A stretch of 64,000 bases of DNA from an uncultured Candidatus Saccharibacteria bacterium (GTDB taxonomy: Bacteria > Patescibacteriota > Minisyncoccia > Phycocordibacterales > Zambryskibacteraceae): NCBI GenBank assembly GCA_964582295.1, contig CAZOQP010000002.1:82268-146267 (forward strand), read 5' to 3'. Numbering within the stretch: position 1 is the stretch's first letter; each line of letters begins with the position of its first letter. Of this stretch, positions 9,822 through 17,722 are shown piece by piece. Below the pieces are notes generated by a model. It did no database searches. It saw only the letters and a list, made by a program, of their open reading frames with translations, and was not told the DNA's origin. The position numbers were made by a program, and so were the translations under genes.

Positions 9822-11153
9822 CTACTCCTTGGTCGGGTCAATATAGCTTATTGAAAAACCTTTTGCATCTTCCGGTAATCGGGAGGACCACGGCGGGATA
9901 ACGCTCACCTTCATCCTCTCAATAGCGGGGAATGTTTCCTGAAGCGTCGGCAAAGCCGCTTTTGGCTTTCCTGCAAGTCCAGCGATTATCTCTTCTTCAC
10001 TCGTCTGCCCTACAAATACCATCTCTTCCCTTACCCCGAACTGGAAAGTGGTGTCGCGTGCCGCATCAAATACGGAATCTTCTTCCAGGAAAAATGTCAG
10101 AGCATCGACATTAGCTATGGTTACCGGAATAGTGCCGAAAGATGTGACTTGAGGCGAAAGGAAATTAGCGAGCACATCACGCGGAACTATAACGACAGTC
10201 ATGGAACCGTCTACATTCACCTTGACCGAATTTCCTGTAGGTTCGCTTTGGGGGCCAACCGTGAAAACTGTTTTTTCCAATCCATTGAGGACCACCATGG
10301 TCTCTGGGATCTGCCCGCGCACCTGCTCTAAAAGATCTTCTTTAAGTACTACCTGTATTTCTTCTCTTACTCTCGCCATGTCTTCATCGGCTACCTTTTT
10401 CACGGCCCCTATAAAGCCGCCAGCCATAGCTATTTTTGAACGGGCATACATTTTGGAATAGCGCACGTCGCCCTTGAAGCCAGGGATTGTGAAATCCGTA
10501 AGGCCGATATTATATCTCTCTCCCGGTTCATCGGCATACACCAGCGCTTCAACACTTCCGGGTACAGTTTGGCCGCTCACTACCTTCTGGCCGGGTACCA
10601 CCACCGATTCGTTTATACGATAAATGAGTCCTTCTGGGCTTTCAAAACGGGTATTTTTTATAAGACGCTGCGAAGCTGTACCAAAATCGTTATATATGAC
10701 AATTGTTCCGCTCGCTTTCCTCTCCACCTGCTCTTCACCATTTGCTTTCACGGCCTTGCCGGCAGATTTCGTAACTGTAACTATCTGAAAAGGTAATGCG
10801 CTAGTCGGCAGTGAAGCACCCTCTTCAGTTTTTAATGCCGGGAAAAACTCACTTGAGGTTGCTCGTGCCATTTTCGGTATCACCTCAATGCGTGCGCCGG
10901 ACATGAGAGAAAGCAGTGCAAATATCACAACCAGGCCAAGTACCCCGCCTCCTATATACCACCACATCTTGCCAGATGTCTGGCGGGGGCGGCGTGGCGG
11001 GGGCGTAGGAGGCACTTCTTTATTTATACGGATGGGTATCTCCCTCTCTTTGCCTTTCGCTGGCACAGGTTCTTTTCTGCTGTTTGAAATAGGAACGTTG
11101 CGGATAGTTCTTCCGCTCGGCGGCACCATGTCTTGAAGTACGTTTCGTGGCAT
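9822..11153 (-). CDS. hypothetical membrane-anchored protein (Pro/Arg-rich N-terminus, one TM, large C-terminal domain)
   Basis: PPTPPPRRPRQTSGKMWWYIGGGVLGLVVIFALLSLMSG is a TM anchor. No recognisable catalytic motif. It occupies the position where map/adk/secY normally sit upstream of infA. Confidence 0.5.
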   Translation of the reverse strand: MPRNVLQDMVPPSGRTIRNVPISNSRKEPVPAKGKEREIPIRINKEVPPTPPPRRPRQTSGKMWWYIGGGVLGLVVIFALLSLMSGARIEVIPKMARATSSEFFPALKTEEGASLPTSALPFQIVTVTKSAGKAVKANGEEQVERKASGTIVIYNDFGTASQRLIKNTRFESPEGLIYRINESVVVPGQKVVSGQTVPGSVEALVYADEPGERYNIGLTDFTIPGFKGDVRYSKMYARSKIAMAGGFIGAVKKVADEDMARVREEIQVVLKEDLLEQVRGQIPETMVVLNGLEKTVFTVGPQSEPTGNSVKVNVDGSMTVVIVPRDVLANFLSPQVTSFGTIPVTIANVDALTFFLEEDSVFDAARDTTFQFGVREEMVFVGQTSEEEIIAGLAGKPKAALPTLQETFPAIERMKVSVIPPWSSRLPEDAKGFSISYIDPTKE

Positions 11154-11208
11154 TGATATGAATTATAGTACACCCTCGGCAAATTTTGAAGTGGATTTCT
11201 AAATAGAA

Positions 11209-12840
11209 TTATTCTATTACCGCTTTTATACGTCGTACACCGGCAGAAACTGCCTCTTCTTTTATTATTCTGAACTTCCCTATCTCCGAAATATTCTTCA
11301 CGTGAGGCCCTCCGCAGAATTCTTTTGAATAAGCACTCTCAAGTTTTTCACCTATGTAATAGACGTTAACCTCATCCGGATATTTCTCTCCAAAAAAATG
11401 TCTGGCACCCAGCTTCTCTGCCTCTTCTTTCGGCATCTTCACCATATTGACCGGCAAGCCCTCCGATATTTTCTTATTCACAATATCTTCTACCTGCTGT
11501 TTCTCATCATCAGTGAGTTTCCGCGGAAACGAAAAATCAAAACGCGTTCTCTCGGTAGTGATATTGGAACCCTTTTGCATCACATCCTCCCCAAGCACTT
11601 CATGAAGGGCTTGATGCAAAAGATGCGTCGCTGTGTGATACCTGACTTCAATATCGCTGTGGCCAGCAAGCCCTCCTTTGAATTTTTGTTCTGCTCCTGC
11701 ACGTGAAAGTTCTTGGTGTTTCTTCAGTTTTTCATCAAAATCTGCAATATCAACCTCAATGCCTTTCTTTTTTGCAAGTTCCAAGGTCATTTCCAAAGGA
11801 AATCCGTAGGATGTGAACAAAGTGAAAGCATCCCTGCCTTTTTCAAACTCAATAAGCCCTTCTTTGAGAGTTTCCCTGAATTTCTTTTCTTCTTCTTTTA
11901 TTACTGCAAGTCCGTCATCAGCTACCATTGTGATCTCCTTAAGTCCCAAGACATCCGAATATTGGATAGCGCGGCGAAGAAGGCGTCTTAAGATATAACC
12001 TCTCTCCGTATTAGAAGGCCTTACACCATCCAATATCATATTCAAAGCAGTGCGAGTGTGATCCGCTACAATCCTCTCTGCTTTTATATTTGTTTCAGCC
12101 GACAAACTTTTTATTTTTGAGATTACTGGTTCAAAAATATCGGTATCAAAAACTGTATGAGCTTTTTGTACTACTTTCGTCAAACGTTCAAACCCCATTC
12201 CCGTGTCAATACCTTTTACATCAAGCGGTTTAAGAGTCTTGTCCTTGTTTTGATAGAACTCATTGAAAACGATGTTCCATACTTCAAGACCATCTACATA
12301 TATTTCAGAGGTCGGACCGCACGGACCTTCTTCTCCTGTGGGTCCCCAGAAATTATCTGCCCTCGGAGCACGTTTTATCATTATATTTGGGTCTATATTT
12401 TTCCAGATCTCTTCGGATTCAGTATCCGCAGGCACTTCGCCAGCTGGCGAAATCTCGCCTTCAAAAACCGAGACATAGTCTATTTTCAGACCCATTTCCT
12501 TTGTTATGAATTCATGCGCATATTGAATAGCTTCTTTTTTCCAATATCCTCCGAAAGAAAAGTTCCCAAGCATTTCAAAAAAAGTGAGGTGGCTTTCGTC
12601 ACCTACTTCATCAATATCCGAAGTACGCACACATTTCTGTATGGAAACGGTATTTAGGGAGCAGAAATCCTTTGTCGCATCTTTCTGCCCTATGTAGTAC
12701 GGCTTGAACTGCTGCATTCCTGCAGTAGTGAAAAGTACCGAAGGATCATTCTCCGGGACGAGAGATGCCGAAGGAACGACCGTATGCCCTCTCTTTTCAA
12801 AAAAATCCAGGAACTTTTGTCTTATTTCTTGAGAATTCAT
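11209..12840 (-). CDS. alaS: alanyl-tRNA synthetase, short form (catalytic + editing domains, no C-Ala domain)
   Basis: N-terminus EIRQKFLDFFEKRGHTVVPSASLVPENDPSVLFTTAGMQQFKPYY is the AlaRS class II core. Editing-site HxxxH (HTATHLLH) and CGGPH motifs are present. Only 543 aa, against ~870 typical. Confidence 0.85.
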   Translation of the reverse strand: MNSQEIRQKFLDFFEKRGHTVVPSASLVPENDPSVLFTTAGMQQFKPYYIGQKDATKDFCSLNTVSIQKCVRTSDIDEVGDESHLTFFEMLGNFSFGGYWKKEAIQYAHEFITKEMGLKIDYVSVFEGEISPAGEVPADTESEEIWKNIDPNIMIKRAPRADNFWGPTGEEGPCGPTSEIYVDGLEVWNIVFNEFYQNKDKTLKPLDVKGIDTGMGFERLTKVVQKAHTVFDTDIFEPVISKIKSLSAETNIKAERIVADHTRTALNMILDGVRPSNTERGYILRRLLRRAIQYSDVLGLKEITMVADDGLAVIKEEEKKFRETLKEGLIEFEKGRDAFTLFTSYGFPLEMTLELAKKKGIEVDIADFDEKLKKHQELSRAGAEQKFKGGLAGHSDIEVRYHTATHLLHQALHEVLGEDVMQKGSNITTERTRFDFSFPRKLTDDEKQQVEDIVNKKISEGLPVNMVKMPKEEAEKLGARHFFGEKYPDEVNVYYIGEKLESAYSKEFCGGPHVKNISEIGKFRIIKEEAVSAGVRRIKAVIE

Positions 12841-12843
12841 ATT

Positions 12844-14070
12844 TTATATTACGAAGCGGCCGTTCTTATATATGACCTTGCTCTTTCCGTTGCGGAAATA
12901 CGCGGTAACGATGCGCGGCGCAGTAGAAATGATATCCGTGTGGACAGAAGAATGATTGTAGCCCAATCGTGCCCATTCTTTTTTGGAAACTTTTGCAGGA
13001 TCTCCCGTGTAGCAATTGTGATACGCATTACCGAGAGCAATATGGGTATTGCCGTGCGGCCCACCCACATTTTCGTCAAAAAGGGTTTCCGCCATGAATT
13101 TAGTAATACGAGAAAATCTTTTATCTGTAAGAGAGAATTCTCCCACCTTGTCTGCATTTTCGGTAGCTATCATGGCCTTGAGCACCTTCTCGTTTTTTCG
13201 CGCCCGGCTTTTTATCACTCGGCCTTCTTTGAATTCCAATTCAATCCCTTCTATAAGATTTCCGTAGCGATAAAGCGGCTGGTTGAACTTTATAAAGCCC
13301 TCGGTACCTCTCCAGTCTGGAGAAGTGTATATCTCAAAGCTCGGAATATTGGCACCCCGTCCCCCGTCCCAAGCTCTTTTTTCACCAAGCTTTACCCACA
13401 GATCCACATCGGGACCTTTGACATGAATTTTCTCTATTTTTAGAGCGTTCAATTTTTTCCTGTAAGTTTCTATCTGTTGGAACACTTTTTTCCACTCTGA
13501 TAGAGGATTCTTTTTATCCAGGAAGCACGCTTTTATGATCTCTCCCCAGTATTGTTTTGTTGTCAGTCCCGCTTCTTTGGCTTCACCCGGAGTGCCGTAA
13601 AGAGCGACAGTCCAGGAAAATTTACCCTTATTCTCTTTTTCATTCTGCCAATCCATATAAGGTCTCCAGGCAGCACCCCGCCTCATCATTTTTCTTGAAT
13701 CAACCCCCTGAAGCGATTTAGGATCAGTTTTTGAAATTATGAAAAGAGAATGGTCTATCTGTTCAAGCTGTCCTCGCATAAGCTTGTCTGGGAAAAAATT
13801 TATCTGCTCTTTGCTCGCTCGCAGATAAAATTCTCGACCCTCTTTGAAAAGTATGTCGTCACTCGTTAAATATCTTCCAATAGCATGCCCGCCAGCTTTC
13901 CATACTGCCTTTAATATTTCCGCATAAAGAGGTTTGGCAAATTCAGGCACCTGTACCAAAACGACATCTCCTTTTTTTATTCCTTTCCCGCCACCCAATG
14001 CAAAATTCACCAGGACATCGGCATAGCGTTCCAGGATTTTTTTCGGAGGGGTATATAGAGTGTTTTTCAT
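12844..14070 (-). CDS. M29-family aminopeptidase (AmpS/PepS-like)
   Basis: N-terminus LERYADVLVNFALGGGKGIKKGDVVLV resembles thermophilic metalloprotease M29 proteins. Length 408 aa. Confidence 0.55.
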   Translation of the reverse strand: MKNTLYTPPKKILERYADVLVNFALGGGKGIKKGDVVLVQVPEFAKPLYAEILKAVWKAGGHAIGRYLTSDDILFKEGREFYLRASKEQINFFPDKLMRGQLEQIDHSLFIISKTDPKSLQGVDSRKMMRRGAAWRPYMDWQNEKENKGKFSWTVALYGTPGEAKEAGLTTKQYWGEIIKACFLDKKNPLSEWKKVFQQIETYRKKLNALKIEKIHVKGPDVDLWVKLGEKRAWDGGRGANIPSFEIYTSPDWRGTEGFIKFNQPLYRYGNLIEGIELEFKEGRVIKSRARKNEKVLKAMIATENADKVGEFSLTDKRFSRITKFMAETLFDENVGGPHGNTHIALGNAYHNCYTGDPAKVSKKEWARLGYNHSSVHTDIISTAPRIVTAYFRNGKSKVIYKNGRFVI

Positions 14071-14088
14071 GACTGGTATCGGCTTATT

Positions 14089-14700
14089 CTATATAAGCGT
14101 CTTCAAAACAGCAAAATCTTGTATAAGGGTCGGTTTTTGGGCTTGGTTGTAAATCGCAACCGCAGGATGATAAAGGGGAACCACTTTTATAGGGCCGTAG
14201 GGAGCATCACATTCTATGACCGTGCCGTGCAACTGAGATATCGGTACATCTTTTTCAATGCAATTGAATTTATCCAGAATATATTTCATGGAAAAGCGCC
14301 CGAGAGTGGCCAGAACCTGCGGGCGGATTATCTCAAGCTGACGATCAAGGTACGGGCTATAAGCATCTATCTCCTCCGGGAAGGGATCACGATTGCCGGG
14401 CGGGCGGTCCTTCACTATGTTTGTAATATACACATCCTTACGCGGGATATTCGCCGATTCCAGAAGTTCGTCCAATATTTTGCCGGCTCTCCCTACAAAA
14501 GGCCTTCCGGTTTTGGCCTCATTGGCGCCAGGGGCTTCCCCTATGAACATTATTTTCGCATAGTGGCTACCCTCCCCAATAACAGGCAGCTGCCCCGCCC
14601 CCAAACGCTCCGCATACAAAGGCAAGTCCCCCCCTCTTACGATCTCATCCTTCATCTCTTTCAACTTTTCAAACCTCCCATCTTTATTCTCTATATCCAT
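14089..14700 (-). CDS. uracil-DNA glycosylase, family 4
   Basis: GEAPGANEAKTGRPFVGRAGKILDELL is the family-4 UDG motif. Confidence 0.8.
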   Translation of the reverse strand: MDIENKDGRFEKLKEMKDEIVRGGDLPLYAERLGAGQLPVIGEGSHYAKIMFIGEAPGANEAKTGRPFVGRAGKILDELLESANIPRKDVYITNIVKDRPPGNRDPFPEEIDAYSPYLDRQLEIIRPQVLATLGRFSMKYILDKFNCIEKDVPISQLHGTVIECDAPYGPIKVVPLYHPAVAIYNQAQKPTLIQDFAVLKTLI

Positions 14701-14708
14701 TATATTTT

Positions 14709-14742
14709 TCTATTCTAATGTTCTTAAGAACTTGAGAATAGT
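14709..14742. repeat. palindrome family copy 1 (imperfect; core ctattctaatgttCTTAAGaacttgagaatag) between ArsR stop and udg start
   Basis: Shares 30/32 nt with the perfect copies at 15006..15049 and 16806..16845. Centred on an AflII CTTAAG site. Confidence 0.7.
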
Positions 14743-14979
14743 CTTACCGAGAGGAGAAAGAACATGTCTTACAGAATTTGCATCATTTCTTTTCCAAACA
14801 AGTTTTGCAATGGCAAGACGACGAATATGCTCGCTGGCAGTTTTGAAATTTATCTTTAAGATTTCAGATATTTCGCTCAAAGAAAGATCGGGCTGTTTTG
14901 AGAGTAAAGCTAGAATTTCAATCCTACGATGGTTTGCGAACCCTTTTATCACCCGTTCAATATCTCTAAAATTTTTCAT
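14710..14979 (-). CDS. ArsR/SmtB-family HTH transcriptional regulator (no Cys; non-metal-sensing type)
   Basis: MKNFRDIERVIKGFANHRRIEILALLSKQPDLSLSEISEILKINFKTASEHIRRL is an ArsR winged HTH. Start taken at the internal Met (ORF track 14710..15066 reads through the palindrome). A TATAAT lies ~10 nt upstream. Confidence 0.7.
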   Translation of the reverse strand: MKNFRDIERVIKGFANHRRIEILALLSKQPDLSLSEISEILKINFKTASEHIRRLAIAKLVWKRNDANSVRHVLSPLGKTILKFLRTLE

Positions 14980-15005
14980 AATGCTTTTTATTATAATACA
15001 TTCAT

Positions 15006-15049
15006 TATCTTCTATTCTAATGTTCTTAAGAACATTAGAATAGAAGATA
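15006..15049. repeat. palindrome family copy 2: 44-bp perfect palindrome tatcttctattctaatgttcttaagaacattagaatagaagata, overlapping the -35 region of the ArsR gene
   Basis: Every base is self-complementary about the CTT|AAG centre. Sits immediately upstream of the ArsR TATAAT and start codon. Confidence 0.75.
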
Positions 15050-15055
15050 CCGATA

Positions 15056-15757
15056 TCAATGACCAAGAATCTGTGTCAGTGTATATATCCAGTCTTCATT
15101 CTGCGGAGTTTCTTTCTTTTTGGTTGCCAAAAACCATTCCAGATATTCCCTGTCATTTTGGAGAACTTCGGCAACGGTCAGACCTTTGTATTTTCCAAAT
15201 GAAAAGCGCTTTATGATGCTGGGTTTGCCCGATACTTCCATCATTTGCTGAAGGTCCATTTTATTTAGATAAAACTCAAACAGTTTTTCAAGTACGGCTA
15301 CATCCCCCCTGGCGTCATGAGCTTGGCCCTCCACTTCTATCCCGTGAGCATAACGCAGATATTGAAGCTTGTGCTGGCTCAACACTGCTTCATCATCCAA
15401 GAACCTTGCAACTTTTAAAGTACAAATATATTTAGCGGGTATCAACCCTTCAGATTTCAAAATTGAAAGATCAAAAGCGGCATTATGGGCTACCACTATT
15501 GAATCTTCACTGAATAATTCCGCCAAGCGGACTTTCATGGGGCTTTCGGAAAATAATGGTTTATCCGCAACCATCGCCCGGCTGATGTGGTGAACACTAC
15601 TCGCCTCAAAAGACAATTCCACATCTTCGGGCGGCCTGAAAAGCTCCGTGGAATCTTCATCCGTTTTCCATACTTTGTATGAAAGCTGTACCAGCCGGTC
15701 TTTATCGGTAAGCCCCGTGGTTTCCGTATCTAAAAAAATTATTTTCGGCTCCTTCAT
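15056..15757 (-). CDS. DnaQ-like 3'-5' exonuclease (DEDDh) with C-terminal DUF3820-like domain
   Basis: IIFLDTETTGL (Exo I), VAHNAAFDLSIL (Exo II), HDARGDVA (Exo III). C-terminus FGKYKGLTVAEVLQNDREYLEWF. Confidence 0.7.
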   Translation of the reverse strand: MKEPKIIFLDTETTGLTDKDRLVQLSYKVWKTDEDSTELFRPPEDVELSFEASSVHHISRAMVADKPLFSESPMKVRLAELFSEDSIVVAHNAAFDLSILKSEGLIPAKYICTLKVARFLDDEAVLSQHKLQYLRYAHGIEVEGQAHDARGDVAVLEKLFEFYLNKMDLQQMMEVSGKPSIIKRFSFGKYKGLTVAEVLQNDREYLEWFLATKKKETPQNEDWIYTLTQILGH

Positions 15758-15772
15758 GATAGTAAATTATAA

Positions 15773-16609
15773 CTACTGCAGGTCCTTTATCTCGTGAAGA
15801 ACCATCTCTTTTTTATCTTCCGGCAAGCTAAGTGTGTCCAGGATAAGTGGGTCACTTGCGATAGTGTCGCACAAGATAACGCCTTGCGATAGAAGGGTTT
15901 GTTTCTGGAACTGATCAAGGCTGCCGATGCTTGTAACGGGTACCGCATTAGTTTCCATAATAAAATCATGAAGATTTCCTTTTTCAGGGTAATTCCATCC
16001 CACGAGCTTCAGCTTTTTGCATTCCGCATAGTGAATAGCGGTAGTGGTGAATTTGGTGTTAGTGATAAGCCACCCTTCCGTGAGCTTTCTATCAAAACCA
16101 TAATGAAAAACTGTCTCATCCAGATCATCAATGCGTGCTTTCACATAAAGCACCACTTTCAGATCAGATTTCACCCCGAGCTCGTTATGGAACTTTGCCT
16201 CAGCCATGATCAATTCTTTTTCATTCCAGGCCACCACATCTATCTCGTGCGGTACACACTCACCCAAAACCATCTGGCGGGTTTTCACTTCAAATCCTTT
16301 TCGGCGAAGTATCTCACCTACATAATCTTCAAACGGGAAGCCTGTGGGGCCTAAATTCATGACAGAGCGGCGCAGGGAATACCGGCGGGCCGCTTTGGTA
16401 TGCGAACTGTGTAAAATCTCAAATGCCTCTTTATAAATTTCCGCGGTGAGTGCGCCATCCACCAGAGTCCCAACGATCTTTTTAACTATTTCATCAGCAG
16501 TGTTTTCCTCTGCGCCAGCCTGAACCAAAGAATGGTGAAGTTTTCCTTCATCAAATATCTCCCGTCCGCCGTTTTCTTTTACTATAAAAATCTGCCCCAT
16601 TAAGACCAA
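15773..16609 (-). CDS. ATP-cone domain fused to Mrr-like PD-(D/E)xK nuclease-fold domain
   Basis: N-terminal IFIVKENGGREIFDEGKLHHSL is an ATP-cone. The central HEIDVVAW...LIMAEAKFH is a D-ExK restriction-endonuclease-like motif. Confidence 0.5.
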   Translation of the reverse strand: MVLMGQIFIVKENGGREIFDEGKLHHSLVQAGAEENTADEIVKKIVGTLVDGALTAEIYKEAFEILHSSHTKAARRYSLRRSVMNLGPTGFPFEDYVGEILRRKGFEVKTRQMVLGECVPHEIDVVAWNEKELIMAEAKFHNELGVKSDLKVVLYVKARIDDLDETVFHYGFDRKLTEGWLITNTKFTTTAIHYAECKKLKLVGWNYPEKGNLHDFIMETNAVPVTSIGSLDQFQKQTLLSQGVILCDTIASDPLILDTLSLPEDKKEMVLHEIKDLQ

Positions 16610-17710
16610 TTATACCCCACTCACAATGGCTCCTCCGAGTATATTCCTGCCACTATAAAAAACTACGGACTGCCCGGCGGCTATTGGTGATGGACTTTTC
16701 ACAGATACATACCATTCTCCTGTCGGCGACTTACCCTTTCGGAAGAGTTTAACTTTCTGTTTTGGCTGGCGATAACGAAACCTTGCCTCGCAACTTATCC
16801 CTTCCTTTCCTATTCTAATGTTCTTAAGAACATTAGAATAGGAAATTGATACGTTTGATAGTTTGAGGGTATATTCGCGGGCCAGGGATTTTTGTGGGCC
16901 TACCACCAGCACGTTCCTTTTAATATCTTTTTTTAAAATATACAACGGCTCATCGTCGGACGTTTCGTGTTCCACTCTAAATCCATGTCTCTCCCCTTCC
17001 GTATAAAACCACACGCCATTATGAGTGCCTATTTTTCTCCCTGCCTCATCAAGAACACTTCCCTTCTTCTCACGAATAGATATTTTCAGATATTCCTTTA
17101 GGTCTAGTGGGCCAAGGAAACAAATTCCCTGACTATCTTTCTTTTCTGCTACTGGAATGCCGGCTTTCTTTGCCAAAGCCCTTACCTCCTTTTTAGTGAG
17201 AGCTTCAAGAGGAAATATGACTTTTTCCAGATCTTCAGGTGGTACTGCCCACAGGAAATACGTCTGATCTTTCTGTGAGTCTTTCGGCTCACTTAAAAAT
17301 GCTTCATCGTTTTTAACCGAGATGCGTGCGTAATGCCCTGTAGCTACGAAATCAGCTCCGAGTTTTTTTGCTATTTCAAACAATGTAGAGAACTTCACGA
17401 ACTTATTACAGAGAATATCAGGATTAGGAGTTCTTCCCGCTTTGTATTCGCGTATCATTTCGTCCGCCACATATTTTTTGTACTGCTTTTTAGCATCTGC
17501 AATATAAAGCGGAACATTCAAATGCGCCGCCACACGCATAGCATCACGTCTCTCTTCTTTTTCGTTGCACGGGAAGCCTTCCGGGTGCCATGTTTCAATA
17601 AATACCCCAGAAACATCAAAACCACGCTCTTTCAGAAGATACGCCGAAACAGAGGAATCCACTCCTCCTGACATCCCTACCACCACTTTGACCCTTTTCA
17701 TCGCGACCAA
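16610..17710 (-). CDS. mnmA: tRNA-specific 2-thiouridylase MnmA, carrying an in-frame palindromic insertion
   Basis: VVGMSGGVDSSVSAYLL PP-loop, and C-terminal CEARFRYRQ plus GQSVVFYSG. Residues ~289-303 (SISYSNVLKNIRIGK) are encoded by the palindrome. Confidence 0.9.
   Translation of the reverse strand: MVAMKRVKVVVGMSGGVDSSVSAYLLKERGFDVSGVFIETWHPEGFPCNEKEERRDAMRVAAHLNVPLYIADAKKQYKKYVADEMIREYKAGRTPNPDILCNKFVKFSTLFEIAKKLGADFVATGHYARISVKNDEAFLSEPKDSQKDQTYFLWAVPPEDLEKVIFPLEALTKKEVRALAKKAGIPVAEKKDSQGICFLGPLDLKEYLKISIREKKGSVLDEAGRKIGTHNGVWFYTEGERHGFRVEHETSDDEPLYILKKDIKRNVLVVGPQKSLAREYTLKLSNVSISYSNVLKNIRIGKEGISCEARFRYRQPKQKVKLFRKGKSPTGEWYVSVKSPSPIAAGQSVVFYSGRNILGGAIVSGV
16806..16845. repeat. palindrome family copy 3: 40-bp perfect palindrome tttcctattctaatgttcttaagaacattagaataggaaa inside the mnmA coding sequence
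   Basis: Perfect inverted symmetry with the same 32-bp core as copies 1-2. The ORF stays open and in frame. Confidence 0.75.
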
Positions 17711-17722
17711 TCTAACACATTT

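Noticed and set aside
14929-15216. Plus-strand 95-aa ORF reading through palindrome copy 2 and encoding YSNVLKNIRIE.
   Set aside because: The shared peptide is only the palindrome translated. The ORF overlaps the well-supported exonuclease and ArsR genes on the other strand.
14709-16845. Palindromic repeats as a possible CRISPR array.
   Set aside because: There are only three copies, with irregular 260-bp and 1.76-kb spacing. They are perfect palindromes of 40-44 bp, not direct repeats with unique spacers. No cas genes are present.
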